Notes: generated from the letters alone by a model not told the origin. A DNA stretch of 64,000 bases from Podospora anserina (GCA_017654855.1 CM030334.1:1364001-1428000); one strand, 5' to 3'; positions 1 to 13,937 are shown, counted from the first letter of the stretch. Made by a program: numbers and translations.

Positions 1-1057
1 CTGCTGCTGTTCTTCACGATCAACACCCCCGGCTGACGAAGTAGGAAACTCGGATGGCGGCAGACTGAATGGAGGGAAGTTTTGTGGTGGAACATAGGAC
101 ATCCCGCCCGCTGACTGGGGAGTTCCCGATGGCTGGCTGTGGTATCCTGGCTGGTTCGAAACAGGTGATAAAACGCCGTAAGGACCAACGCTGGTCTGAA
201 TGGAAGGCCGTTGAGGACCGCCTGGAGAATGAAGTGGCTGTCGTTGAGACATGTGCCCGTAGTTGTTATGGTCGTGGTGCATGTAGTCGACGGGACCGTT
301 GGACCCTCCGTTTGGATAGCCAGCCGGTGGCGTGTTGGCCATTGGACTGTACGGCATGCCGTCCTTTGGAGACTGAAATTGCATGGTCAAAGCCCGGCCC
401 TTGTTGTATGCCGTGCCTGGCCTGTTGACTTCAGGAGAGGCAGAGCCCGCCGTCATAAATGGAGATCGGTTGTCTGTGATGGGTGAGGCTTGACTCATCA
501 GCGAGTCTTTCCGGTTGAGAGCAGACCCCTTTGCCGTGTGTCGGTCCTTGTGACGATTGCAAAGATCGAGCCGGACGAAAGTCCTCTGGCAGTCACCGAT
601 GCCGCACTTGTACACTTGCTTCGGGTTATGGTTGAGCTGATGGCGGTAGCTTTTTAACAGACAAGGAGGTTAGTACAGAGACAAACTCATATTGACACTC
701 AAGATTTAAAATCACATACAGATGCTCTGCCCTCGAGTAGCTCTTCCCGCAACCCTTCTCAGGACACTCAAACTTCTTCTCCTGGCCCTTCCGGCTTCGC
801 CTACGTTTCCGCGCGGGGCCTTCCGAGTTGGACGAGTGAGCACCATCCCCGCCATCCTCGGCATCATCTAGATCGAGACCATCCACATCTTTGTCGTCAG
901 ATCGGCTACGTGTGCGGCCTCTCTCATGGTCTTCGTGCTCCTGTTTTATGTTTTCAGGAGGGGTGGGCTCCTGCTGAGGGGGCATGGACTGCATAGTTCG
1001 CGCCGGTGGTGCTGGAGGTTTGATTTCACTTGGCTGGGATGCGAGAACAGAAGCCAT
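1..1057 (-). CDS. C2H2 zinc-finger transcription factor (5' part; gene continues beyond window start)
   Basis: ATG at 1057 (MASVLASQPS...). Exon 1 ends in finger 1 (FECPEKGCGKSYSRAEHL). Intron 719-650 (GTATGT..CTAAC..AAG) restores L-YRHQLNH and finger 2 (YKCGIGDCQRTFVRLDLCNRHKDRH). Basic NLS RKRRRSRK. Confidence 0.9.
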
Positions 1058-4000
1058 GTTCTCTCGCAGAGGTGATTTTCCAATCGGAAGACACCGGCAC
1101 TGATTAGGCTGCACGGTTGAATGAGTAGCTCTTGTTCAGTCACACAGATCCGGGGTAGGAATACTGGGGAAGGTCCCGAGTGAATCTCCGAAATGCCCGG
1201 CTGGCAAAGTGTGACGATGGGTGATGAATCGGGATGGTCCGCGGGACTTACAACACAGTGCGTGCGTATGTAGGTGAAGGGCCGCTCTGTGGAGTAGATA
1301 TACGCTCGATAGAGGTGACACGAGGTATAGGCAGACGTGCTGTGAATCGATAGGGTGTGGTTTTTGTGGTGGTATGGACTGCTGTATATGTCGCTCAAAG
1401 ACGCGCCAGAGAGGGGAAAGAGAGGTGTTCGTGGAGTTGGGGGACTCGCTCTCGACCTCACCAAGAAACCAATAGGGACGAGGCTCACGATATCATGGCA
1501 GGCAAAGCTCAACACGGCGGGCAAAAGTAAAGTGACCGGCGCCTCCCGTCAGAACCAAAAAAAAAAAAAAAAAGTGAAATTTCTTTCAAACAAAGGAGGC
1601 AAAAAACAAGAGCAAGCCCGCCAGATGCCGCTGCGCGTCGGAGAAGGCCTCTTCAGTAAAATAATGCGGTTTCCTGGTCTGTAGCATAAGATCAGCGACA
1701 AGAGCTTTTGGGAACCGATGCGGGAAAATGAACGGAACATCGCCCGCCAGCACCCAGCCAGCGGACCACTCAGCACGGGGCACACATTAGGAAAAGGGCC
1801 TGGACAACCGAAGAGCGAGCGGGGGCAGCCGGGGTACGACGTGGTATGGGGGTAGGGGTTACTGTATGTAGAGGGGGGGGGTGGCCCGAGCAGCATCAGA
1901 GCATCTGCAAGCAAGCTGGTGGACCAAGCGCTCGGGTGGAGTATCTTTGCTGGAACAGCCAGGGGGACCGGGGAGGGACGAGGGATAAAAAAAAAATCTT
2001 GGGTTGCCTGCGAAGGAGGAGAGGAGCTGGTTGTCCGACCCTTTGCCCAGCCATGCCACCGAGGTCAGGTAGGTAGCTGACCAGCCTGGACTGGAAAAGC
2101 GGTCCCTTCCTACCAGCCGCGGAGCGAGGGTGGTGAGGAGACAGGAGAGAGAGGATGGTGTATCTTCATCACCTTCGTCTTGACACATGGTCCATCTCGG
2201 CAGCGCATTGTCCAGGCATATTCGGCTCCCTGCACGGGCGATATATGGTTGCGCACAGTCCAGCTGTCGTGGATGGCTGCTGGCTGGCCCGCTTCAATCT
2301 CGTCCCGAGCATCCATGCCCATATTGCCATCCGAAATGTTTTGTGGTACTCGAAGAAACCAGCTTTGGAGTCTCGGGAGTGCTTGGGCTGATGGGGTCGA
2401 AGGGGGTTGAAGGGTTGCGGATAAACACTGGAGAAGAAGAAAAAACGAGGATACATACCTGGCCGCGGGTAGCGCACTCAGAGAGGCAAAGTGTAGCGGG
2501 ACAAGGGACTCGGACAGACAAGGCTAAAGAATAAGCAGAGTCGTAATCCGCACGGGGTTTGGTGGGAAGGACCGCGACGAAGAGGGGTCTGTCGAGGGGT
2601 CTTGTTGAGGGTTGCCGTCGTCGATGCGGTGCGATGGATGGAATAGTTGCACGGGACCTGACGTCTGCGTCTTTCCCCGGACTGCTGAGGCTGTCTGTCC
2701 AACCTTGGCCTCCCGTGGGTCAGGAAGTGGTGTTTCTGGGGAAGAGCGGGAGAAGAAGAATCAGAAGCGGCGGCAGTGTGGGGGTCTCGAGGTGATGGCC
2801 CATCCATTGGGGTTTTATAAGAAAGGGACGGCTGCCCAGAGAGGCCGTGTGCTGCCGTGGCCGAAATGGGGTCCCTGAGGACTTTCCTAGGATCCATGCC
2901 CATGCATCTGCACCTCAGTTCACGCCCATCTCACCATGTACCGGTTGATGCCACTCCTGGCTGCCACATGCCGCTAGGCACTTCGGGATGCTCATCCAGC
3001 TTTGGGTAACATGTCTTGCTGCTTTCTACTGGATTGCTAATGATGATGGTAGATCCCAGCTGCTGCCGCTGGGGAGGGCGAACCGCAACCAGATTCGGCC
3101 GTCAAGAGGTTCGTTACCAGATGTGTCTTGGGTTTGAGGACACCCTTGGACACAGCATGTCAGGGTATCCGGCACCAAGGCGCGGGGCTCTCCAACTGGC
3201 GGGGTCCCGAAAAGCCCGCTCTTTTTCTACCCAAGTACCTACTGTGAAGCTGTAGTGCTGGCAGAAGGGAATCAACCGTCGAGACGGGGACTCCACGGTG
3301 GTGTTGAAGGCGCCCAGAGGTGTGCCACATGGCCAAAGACCGGAATTTGCAACGAAAATGTTGAAAAGACAATCTACGATCCCGAGGACCTGGAAAGGGT
3401 GCGCCGCGAGTTCTCACGCCCGGCCGTCGCACGGAGATGACGGCTTCCACACAGTATTCTTGCGCGGCTGGCCTGATGCGGCGCAGACACTTGAGTGTTG
3501 GGGTGCCTCGAGGATGCTGGGTGTGAGTGGGGGAACAGCCAAGCGGTAGCCAGCCAACAGGAGACGAAAGTATTTAGCCTCCCAGGTTGGTGTGTGAAGC
3601 AAGACCCTCCAGGGCTACTCGCAGACTGCGGAGGTCATGCTCTTTACTCACACTTGGAGGTCACTCACAGTCAGAGGTAAGGGTAAACGAGACCCGCCTC
3701 TCAGAGAAAGCCGACCATTGCTCTGGACTTCTGGCACCACCCCCCTTCATCTCCTGAGCCCCGCTTTCTTGCGTTAACGGAGCGTGATGTGGCCTGGGCC
3801 TCTTCATCCCATCACAATGAGAGCGGATAAACGCCGAATTCGCTGACCGTCTCGAGTCCATGATGGCCCATGTCTTTGAAACTCTCTTTTGATAGCTCTG
3901 GGCACCCGTCGACTTTTTGATCAACGTCTTTGGAGTGAGCGCGGGAGCGTGGCGTGGGGTGAATTCTGGCAGCCAAGGGACAAGGGTCGTCCCTGGACTC

Positions 4001-6430
4001 CCTGCCACCCGTGGTCCGTGGATCGGTTCGTTTGCTGAAGAAAATATGGGGACCCGGGGTAGATCTGTCTGATTGGCGGAGTCTTCCCGCTATGGGGGGG
4101 CATTGGCTGGCAGCTGGCCCGCTTTTCCTTCTATCGATTATCAAACCAAAAATCATTCCGAGACATTTCATATTTCATTCTGTGAACACCGCTTCATTCT
4201 CTCCGGTCATTCTCAAAGACAATTCCTCTCTGAGAGGACTCGGTCAGCCACTAGGTTCAGACCACGCCCAATCCCGGATTCGGTGTACGTTCAACAGCTG
4301 GCACAAGGCCCACAGGGCGACCTCAGCTTCACCAACCACCACACCCACTCAGTGCCACTCAGAATCCAACATGGTTAGGTTGGGGAGCCAAGAGCCGTAG
4401 AACTCGATTTTCCCGCAAACCGAGTCTATTCTTCCCACTGGACTTGCATATGGAAAGACGCCCCATAATCTGAGGCATCAGAATGCGCACACGATCACAA
4501 TCAGCGTGTCAAGAGCCATGGACAGCCAAGGGCATCCCTAGTCTCGTGTGACCCCCAACTTTTTTCCCCAGCAGCGTTCCCAAACAACTTGGAAGGCGTG
4601 GGACACATCCTAAGAAGCCACCATTTGTTTTTTTTTGTTTTTTTTGGGCTGACACACGATGCTGGTCATGTCAGGGCCCAAGGCTCTGGGCACGCGACTG
4701 TCATGATTCACACAAATCCACACCACTGGGACAATGACTTTGCTGCGGTATTTCTGGCATCGAATATTCTTCGGCATCCCCGAGCTCCATCAGGAACACG
4801 CAACAGTGCTCATGATTTCATGATACCTACCCAGCCGAGATGGTCTGAGGTGAAGTCGCCCCCGGCAGTACCCCGCAGCTTCATAGGTAGAGCGGCTCAT
4901 CGATCTGAACTGAATCTCACCAGCCACCACTCGAGTTTTGTCGTGTGCGCTAATGCGGACAAGTCGTGGGGATCGTGGTGGCCCTCGAGCAATGCCGTTG
5001 AGAAACGCGGGATGTGGGCAGCAAACCCAGGACGATCCTAGGTGGTTGTCAGCCTCGCTCAAAGTTGTAACACGAGCCCTCGAGATTCAAGTGCGAGAAC
5101 AAGCATTGTCCACATCGCACCTGACCGGTTACGAGGTCAGTGATTTGCTGAAGAAGCTCCAGATGCTGTCTGGGCGGCGAAAAACCACCAAGGAAGCGCC
5201 ACCGTCGTCCTAGCTGCATGCAGGTCGACCGAAAGGTGAGGATGTGGTACCTGAAGGAGGAGGTGTGTACACCCTCTTGGTGTAGTAGAAGGTCTCTTGA
5301 GAACAGCCATGCCTCGATTCTCTCAGACACCTGAGACGTAACGAGCCCACGAGTTGCTCATGCTGTGGAACTCCTGGGAAGAAGGGGGCATACACGTGCA
5401 CAGCAGCATGTCAACTCGCTGCCTGCCGAGACATTCGGTATTTTACTATGTTGCCACGTAGGTGTCGACCCTCAAGCTACCTATGGACGTAGAATAGATG
5501 CCCTCTGCCAGTGGATCCCTCTGAACAGCCGAGAAGCCAAGCAGGTCGGAGATTCGCGAGTTGCGTGACCAGGAACGCGCTGCGTGATGCACGTCAAGCA
5601 GCTATCCGAACAAAACCCCTCACATCATTCTGCGACTTCAACCCCACGGCCCACCACACAGACTTTTGGGGTGCCTGCCGAACAAATAATTGCCTGGCCA
5701 GTGCCGTCGGCTTCAACCGAAGCCGGCGCTGTCGAGGTGCGACGTTGTCACTCATCCTGAGAGGCGCCGAGGGGAACGAGACAGATTCGACAAAGATGGG
5801 ATGACAAGTACAAGGCAAAATAGGAAAGCCGGGAGTGCGGGCCTAGTCAGCCATCTTCCGTGCGAGCGATCCAAAGCTAAACTTCTCTGGGCCAATTGCA
5901 GCTCCGCGAACCTCTTCCATTCTCAACTCAATCTCACTCTTCCTGGAAAAACTTTCAGAGATTATACATATTTCCAACACCGCAGCCATAGCCGCTTTGG
6001 TCAATAACAACTTTACACCACTCCCCGGAGAAAGCAACAACTCCAACATTATGGATATGGATATCACGGCAGGCAACGACAAGTACTACAAAGCCAAAGC
6101 GGGGGGGGGGTTTCCAATGACCTGGGTTAAAGTGGTAAGGTCCCCTGCTTGACTGACCAATTAGGGCCCGAGCTTGGCCGAAAGGCGCTGTGTCGTCAGA
6201 GCTCCAGGGATCCCGCGCTTTTGCCTTGCGACGCAGGGCTGGCAGGCAATCTTTTCCGTCCCAGAAAGTCCCCTCTTGTCTCCCCCATGTCCACTTCGGT
6301 CCAGCAACTGTACAGCTTCCTGTCGTTGTTTGAGCTTGGTTGACTCCTAGGATGTGAGAACTTGCCTCGGGGAATCAAAGTCTATACTCTGTACATTTCT
6401 TCTTAGGTGGCTCAGCACCCAATCCACAAT

Positions 6431-7082
6431 ATGGCGCCCGCGAAAGCCGCCCGGGGCGGTCAGGATGACTCCAAGACGGACACACCAAATACAAAGGATA
6501 AAAACGGAGGGCATTCACACCAGTCCAACGGAAAGATGCGCCGTGTCGCAAGCAATACCGGTTCCAACCTGAAAGAAGTCACCAATGTCAGCGCCACGAG
6601 TGCTCCGGCGATGGCGACAGCGGCTGGCTCGGCCACCACGACGGGTGCGGGTGCGCAAGGGGCGAACGTTCCTGGTGTAAGACTGCCTACCCCTTTTACA
6701 CAATTTATTGACATTTTGCTAACTTTCTTCTTTCCAACAACAGCTCCAATGGCCTGCCTTTGATCGCGAAGTCCTCCACGCCTACCGCCGAGCCTACCGA
6801 TTGAGAACACCGACCACCTTTGCCAGCGAACACCACCAATGGGTTCTCACCCAACCTGGGAGTCTAGGTCTCTACTCGCCGACGATTGCAAGACGAAAAG
6901 AACTCCGAAGACAAACGACGGATCAGCTGTCGACGGCGGTCAGGAAACACTTTAATGGTCAAGGGGCGCAAGAAAATGACATTATCGTCGAGTTTCTACA
7001 CAAGATCAAGACCCGAAGACCACAAAGGCCTGTGAGGAAGCCCAGAGAGTATATACATTTACCTCCTGAGCTCGATAAATAA
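6431..7082 (+). CDS. SAP30: Sin3-associated polypeptide SAP30-like (Rpd3L HDAC subunit)
   Basis: Two exons, intron about 6676-6743 (GTAAGA..CTAAC..CAG). Spliced C-terminus WPAFDREVLHAYRRAYRL...LSTAVRKHFN...ENDIIVEFLHKIK resembles the SAP30 Sin3-binding domain. Confidence 0.85.
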
Positions 7083-7975
7083 TTTTGTGGGCACAACAAG
7101 CATGATAAGGCTATGGCTCAGCATGAGACGGGGAGGAAAGAACAGTACTCCTTTGGTCTAGTAGAGTGGGAATGCTTGGATCGGTCGGCACTACACATTA
7201 TGTACGGACGGACGGATGGGTGGGATGGAATAGGACTTATGGGTAATGGGATGGAAAGGGATACCTGCGACTACTACTACTACACCGCAAGAGGGAGTTT
7301 TCGGCGTTAGGGAGAGTTTTTCTTTTCTTTTTTTTTTGGTTGGTTTTCCATTCTGTAACAGTCCTTTGCTATTATTCGGGCTTTGTTTATAAATATATAC
7401 CAGGCATCATGAAAGTCTTTTTCGTGTTGTGGGTAGCCAATAGATATACCACTTTACCAAATGGTTAATGATTGCGACATTGCGATAGAGCCGAGGGACA
7501 ACCACCTACCACCGACTGAGAAGAATCCCGTCGCGTGTTTTGCGTGCTGTGTGTGGGCCGGGTTTTTAATTGAGAAAAGTCGCGGGTCGCGCTCGTCGCC
7601 GCCGCTCGGACCAAGTGCCGTGGGGTGGGGTCCGTAGAAACTGGTGGTGGTTTCTACAGGTGGGCAGCGATGGTACAAACCCGCCAATAAGCGGGCTTGG
7701 AAAGGTTGCCTCAGGCTCTCATACCAGCGAAGAAGTTAGCTGCGGGTCAAAAAAGTTGTCATCGAAGCTTGATCTGGAAGAGCAGCAACTTGAAGCATAT
7801 TACCAATCCTTTTTTTCCTCAGTCTTCTTGTTTCTCTCTCTCTCTCTCTTTCTCCCCGCTTTGTTGTGTGAGGTGCTTTTATTTGACGTCACACCGAGGA
7901 AAAGTTGTAGCCAATTGAGGAAAATTTGAACAGAAGCTAGGTTTGGAGGGGTTAAGAAAGAGAGAGGGCTTCGCG

Positions 7976-9716
7976 ATGAGTTCGAGCATACTGCTGCCCA
8001 AGGCTGCCGCGAAAACAGCTGCTATTGTTGCTCCTGTGAGGGGCGCGGTGCCGATATGTCGTCGTCAGCAGCGCATCAGATTGCCATCGGCGGGGTATAG
8101 CACCGCAGCTTCGACGAGAGCGAGACTTCCCAAGACGAGGGGAGGAGGAGTGCAGTATGTGGTTGTTCAACCTAGGGTAAGCTTTCCCCTTCTTTCCTCT
8201 TTGAACATCACCACGGTTCCTAACTGACGATATGTGCAAACAGTCCTTCCACACCACCCGCCCCCAGCTCGCAACCCCAAAGGACCCCTACGGCACCCTC
8301 GGCGTGTCCAAGTCGGCCTCCCAATCCGACATCAAAAAGGCCTACTACGGCCTCGCGAAAAAGTTCCACCCCGACACGAACAAAGACCCAACCGCAAAGG
8401 ACAAGTTCGCCGAGATTCAGAGCGCCTACGAGATCTTGAGCGACCCCAAGAAGAGGGAGCAGTTTGATCAGTTTGGCGCTGCTGGGTTTGATCCCTCTGG
8501 TCAGCCTGGTCCGGGAGGAGCTGGGGGTCACCCGTTTGGTCAGGGACATCCTTTTGGTGGTGGTGGGTTCGGTGGTCAAGGCGGGTTTGGGAGCAACATC
8601 AACTTTGAGGATTTATTCTCGAGCTTTATGGGAGGTGGTGGTGGACCTTTTGGTGGGGGGAGGGGGGGTAGAGGGGGAGGGGGCCCGTTTCAGCAGCAGG
8701 AGATTATTCAGGGGGATGATATCGAGGTGCAGGTTAATGTCAGCTTTATGGAGGCGGCCAAGGGGGCGAGCAAGACGATTACTATTTTGCCGCTGACGAG
8801 CTGCAAAACTTGCAGCGGGAGTGGGCTGAAGGAGGGGACGCAGAAGGCTACTTGTAAGGCTTGTGGTGGGTCGGGGACGAGGGTGCATTTTATGAGTGGG
8901 GGGTTCCAGATGGCGAGCACGTGTGGGAGCTGTGGGGGGAGTGGGACGGCTATTCCCAAGGGGGCTGAGTGTAGGAGTTGTTCTGGGGAGGGGGTGACGA
9001 GGGAGAGGAAGAGTATTAGCGTTGATATCCCCGGGGGGATTGAGGATGGGATGAGGTTGAGGGTCAGTGGGGAGGGTGATGCGCCGGCGATGGGTAGGGC
9101 TAGCACATCTGATGCGAGGGGGACGCAGGGGGATTTGTATGTGTTGGTGAGGGTGGCCAAGGATCCAAAGTTTACGAGGCAGGGGTCGGATATTCTTTAT
9201 ACGGCTTCGATCCCGTTGACTACGGCGTTGTTGGGTGGCGAGGTTACCATCCCAACACTGGAGGGGGATGCCAAGGTCAGGATTGGGACGGGGACGAACA
9301 CTGGAGACAAGATGACGCTCGCGGGCAAGGGTATGCCGAAGTTGGGAGGGAGGAGAGGGGGGATGGGCGATTTGAAGGTGGAATTTAGGGTCACGATGCC
9401 AAAGTATCTGTCTGCGAACCAGAGGACGCTGGTCGAGATGCTGGCGGATGAGATGGGCGACAAGACGGCGAAGCGGATTATGAATTTGCATAAGACGTGA
9501 GAGAACCTTTCTGCACTCCCTTGGATTTGGACAACCTGCTTAAATTACATCTTGTTTTGTGGTTTTAGGTCGGATAGTTCATCAGCAGAGTCGCACAAGA
9601 ACGAGGGGTTCCTCAAGTCGCTTTGGCACAATCTCACCAACAACCCGGAGCACATGCGCGAGAAGGAGAACGACGAGGCGAACAAGAAGGATGGTTCTTC
9701 TTCCGAGAAGAAGTAA
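7976..9716 (+). CDS. MDJ1: Mitochondrial type I DnaJ/Hsp40 co-chaperone
   Basis: Exons 7976-8176, 8244-9496, 9569-9716. Basic presequence-like N-terminus, J-domain with HPD, G/F-rich linker, four CxxCxGxG repeats and a C-terminal substrate-binding domain. Confidence 0.93.
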
Positions 9717-11381
9717 AAACACAACGAAAACAATACAACGACAAGGTTACGGAACTACGAGTGGAAAATAGTGTACGATTCTTTCGGAGTGTTTTTCCTT
9801 GAAGCTGTAAACTGCACAACAAAACTACGAACATTCGATGCATACGATCGGTTTCACTCGACATACTGGGATGGACGGATTGTACGTTTTTGGTAGAGAA
9901 GGGGGATATGGGAGGCAAGATACAGAGGTAGAGGGTGGTAGTAGGTTGGTGAAAATGGTACATGGAGTTGTTTTGGCCCTTTTTTTTTTTTTTTGTTTGC
10001 ACATGCATTGGAATGGTGTTGGCTGCGGTGGCTTGCTTGGTTACTTTTTTGAACGAAGACTATGAATTTTTCTGGTCTTTCGATCTGTTGTATATTATCA
10101 ATGTATTTTTTTTTGGTGGGGAGGGAGGATGGAGGTAGTCGAGAGAGGCTGAACTGATTGTAGACAGACATCACAGACATATACACACCACACATTATCA
10201 ACAGACAAAAGAACCACTCTGCATAGTACTATTTTTGGTTTTTCTTCCGGGGTTTGATAGTTAAGAGAGGTGGACTTGTGTATTTTTGGCATCTACGTGT
10301 AGTCAGTGGAGTTTGAATGCATGTGTTTGTGGTGGTGAAGAATTGAGGCCGGTGGTTGACGGTGGGCTCTCGGTCAATTTCTCGGGCGCTTGGGGTGAGG
10401 AGGGGTTGGCTGGCATCGGGGGAATCATGGTGAGTGAGGCCGAGGATGGCACTTCGGGAGCATGGCATGACGGGTAGGGCAGGGGAGGGCTGTGGAGAGC
10501 TGGGGTTGTTGGAGAACGATGTCTGGATTGACATCACAGAGAGAGCAAATATGATGAGATTTGAAGATTTGAGCTGACGAGATGTTGCCGTATGCACAAT
10601 GAACTAACAGACGTTTTGCTCAGCATCTACATGGCCTACAGCACTTACCACACCGTCGACCGTTGTGCCCCTCAAAAGCAAGCCACCACGATGGCGGGGG
10701 GGGTTTAGGTTGCTCCACAACCGTTGCGACTTCCCCGGAGATGTTACCCCAGAAATGAGATCAGGAACCATCAACGGCGTCCAGTTTGCGGGCATCTAGT
10801 ATTCGTTTGATCGTTGTCTACTCCATCCTCACTACTTTAGAGTCGTCGTTCTCCACGATCTAACGATATGCCACAAGTCAATCGGACCGCGCGGTGGCTT
10901 GGTGTTGACCAAGATGGCCAGGAGATGGTCTATGCAAGGAACCAGAAGTAAACAGCCATAGTCTCGGCGACCACGTTTTTCATTTGTTAGAAGGGGGTTA
11001 GTGGTTAGGTACGAGGTAATGGGTAGGTAGTATGCCCCTAGGCGGGGCGATCAAAGTCGCAACGCATCCCGGCCGGCGTAGAGACACAGCATGACATACA
11101 GCCGAGGCCGTACCGAGCATACCATACCATACAGAGGCCCCTCCCCGAATCCGAACTTGGGTCTTGGGTGTGAAGGGCCGATATCGAAAAGCAAGTTGTT
11201 GTCAATGGGTTATGTAGGTTGACAGCGGCATCATGGGTACCTAGATTGTGGATAGCGCCCAAAAAGCAAATATTTAAGATGATGATCGTCCGCCTCTGTT
11301 GTCAGAGAGAGAAGGGCAGAGACACCCGCTCTTCTCTCAGTCTCCCGATCTTTTTCACGAAACGGAAACGAGAGAAAAAAG

Positions 11382-13608
11382 ATGCCTTCCATCTCAAATC
11401 TTGCGCTGGCTGGCCTTTTGGCTGCTGGCCAGGGGGCTAGTGCTTCGCTCGTTGGGGCTATTCAGTTGGAGAAGTTTATCAAGCAGGGTAAGTTTTGCGG
11501 TTCGGTTCCTGGGGGGAGAGGAGTGAGGATCTGTGTGTTTGCTGACTTGCATTTTGCCGTGACACAGAGACCCCCATTGCTCTCCAGGCTGTCCTCGACA
11601 ACATCGGCCCCGACGGAATCAAGGTTCCTGGTGCTGGACGCGGTCTTGTGATTGCTAGCCCGTCTACTTCCGATCCTGATTGTGAGTTGGACCCAGTCTG
11701 CCGCCAACATGCCTTGCATGAATGTGCTGTCTAACCATGAGAAACCACCAGACTTCTTCACCTGGACTCGTGACGCGGCCTTGACTTTCAGGACGCTGAT
11801 TGATGATTTCGTGTTTGGAAACAAGGCTCTTGAGCCGTTGATCAACGATTATATCTACGGTCAGGCTCGTCTCCAGACTGTGAGCAACCCTTCGGGGACG
11901 CTTTTGCCCAACGGTGCTGGGTTGGGTGAGCCGAAGTATATGAAGGATGGTTCGAGGTATAATGGGAACTGGGGGCGTCCTCAGCGCGATGGGCCTCCTT
12001 TGAGGGCTATTTCGTTGATTCAGTACTCGAATTACCTTGTCTCGAAGGGGCAGAAGGCGAGGGTGAAGGATGAGATTTGGCCCATCATTGCTAATGATCT
12101 GGCTTATGTTGGACAGTACTGGTACGTTTCCATTTTGTCCTTGTTGAGGTGATATCTGCTGTTGTGTCCTCCGTATCCTGCCGGCATATCAAATGCAGTG
12201 GGAAGGATGACGGGATGGCTAGCAGAAGGGACCATGCAGCTTACTTCGACAACGTGGCCCGCGTGACCCGCGTGACGGCATGACGAGTCTGGGGAAACAC
12301 AAAACTGACAGTTGTTTTGTCTCTAGGAACTCCACTGGCTTCGACCTCTGGGAGGAGGTGAACGGTGCCTCGTTCTTCACCACCCAGGCTCAGTACCGCT
12401 CTCTCGTCGAGGGCGAGGCCCTTGCCAAGGTCCTCGGTCTCCCCTGCACGGCCTGCACCGAGGCTCCCCAGGTCCTCTGCTTCCTCCAGTCCTACTGGAA
12501 CGGCAAGTTCATCACCGCCAACTTCATCCAGGGCAACCACAACCGCGGCGGCGTCGACGCCAACACCGTCCTCGGCCCCCTTGTCGCCTTTGACCCTTAT
12601 GCCCCCTGCGACTCCCCCAGCCTCCAGCCTTGCCACCCTCGCATGCTGGCCAACTTCAAGAACTTTGTCGACACCTTCCGTGACCCGGCCTTGTACCCCA
12701 TCAACAAGGGCATCCCCCAGAACAAGGGCATCGCTCTCGGTCGCTACCCGGAGGACATTTACTACAACGGTAACCCCTGGTACCTCATCACCCTCGGTTC
12801 CGCCGAGTACCTCTACGCCGCCATCGCCAGCTGGGAGAAATCCGGCGGCATCACCATCACCCCCACCTCCCTCCCCTTCTTCAAAGACCTCTACCCCTTG
12901 GCTCGCGTCGGCACCTTTGGCAAGCTCCATCCCGCGTACTACCTCATCAAGGGCCTAGTCAAGACCTACGCCGACTCCTTCGTTGCCGTCTCCCAAAAGT
13001 ACACCCCCAAGGACGGCATGATGGCCGAGCAGTTCCTCAAGGTCGAGCCCTTCACCCCCATCTCCGCCAGAAACCTCACCTGGTCTTTTGCCGCCTTTGT
13101 CGGGATGAACCACCGCCGACAGGGCCACCTCCCTCCCTCGTGGGTCCCCAAGAATGTCAAGGTCCCTGATGTCTGCGTTGGTACCTCTGTCAAGGGCACC
13201 TACGCCCCTGCCACCCAGGCTGGTGCTCCCAATGTTACTATTCCTTGCATCTCCAACGTTCTGTTCCAGCTCAATGCCTCGACGTATTATGGCGAGAACC
13301 TTTATGTTGTGGGCAACTCGCCCACGCTGGGTAGCTGGGATTTGGAGACGGCGTACCCGCTGATGAGCAGCAGGTATACTGACGAGAGGCCGCTTTGGTT
13401 CGCCACCATCCCGCTTGAGATGGAGGAGGGTGTGTCCACGCTGAGGTACAAGTATGCCAGGCAGCAGGATTGCGGGCAGGAGTGGATTGTGGAGGAGGAG
13501 GAGAGGGTGTTGGAGGTGCCGGCTTGTGTGAAGGATGGGAGTGAGGAGGTTTTGGCGGAGAGGGATGAGGCTTTTAACGGGCCTGCTGGGTCTCCTGGCG
13601 GTTGCTAG
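11382..13608 (+). CDS. Secreted glucoamylase (GH15) with C-terminal CBM20 starch-binding domain
   Basis: Signal peptide. Exons 11382-11487, 11568-11681, 11752-12121, 12327-13608. Motifs YFFTWTRDAA, WGRPQRDGP, FDLWEEV, GRYPEDIYYNGNPW, LTWS; CBM20 TYYGENLYVVGNSPTLGSW. Confidence 0.95.
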
Positions 13609-13937
13609 ATGTTTTGTTTTGAGGAGAGCATCTGAGAAGGGGTTGTTGTACATATATGAAATCTTTGGTTGCGAAAAGAAAAAGCATGGAGAATTGACAC
13701 ATGGGGGGGGGTTGTGGGGTGTAAGGTATATTACTGAGATATAAAATTCAACTTGCACATAGTTAAGCCTTACCTTTGGTATGATTTCAACGTGGAACTC
13801 CGCAGACAATGATTGCTTCTTGCTTGACCTCCAGTGAACATCGAAAAGTGGTATATGCCCAACTGTCTATCTCTATGCAAAGAATCAACAAAAGACCGCC
13901 TACGCTTGCTATCCCAACCCAACGCCTCCAGCCAAAA

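Noticed and set aside
4589-6151. Short protein-like frames upstream of SAP30 (4938-5213; open frame 5847-6151)
   Set aside because: No recognisable domain and no consistent start or splice model.
6262-6273. CAGAAAGTCCCC resembling the RNase MRP/P CR-I motif
   Set aside because: No matching CR-V/P4 partner visible downstream; it lies in the SAP30 promoter region.
8613-9491. Long antisense ORFs over MDJ1 (similarly over glucoamylase, BFR1 and ZIP genes)
   Set aside because: Shadow ORFs produced by codon bias of the real genes.
10229-10597. Minus-strand P/S-rich ORFs between MDJ1 and glucoamylase
   Set aside because: Low-complexity frames in skewed sequence with no supportable gene model.
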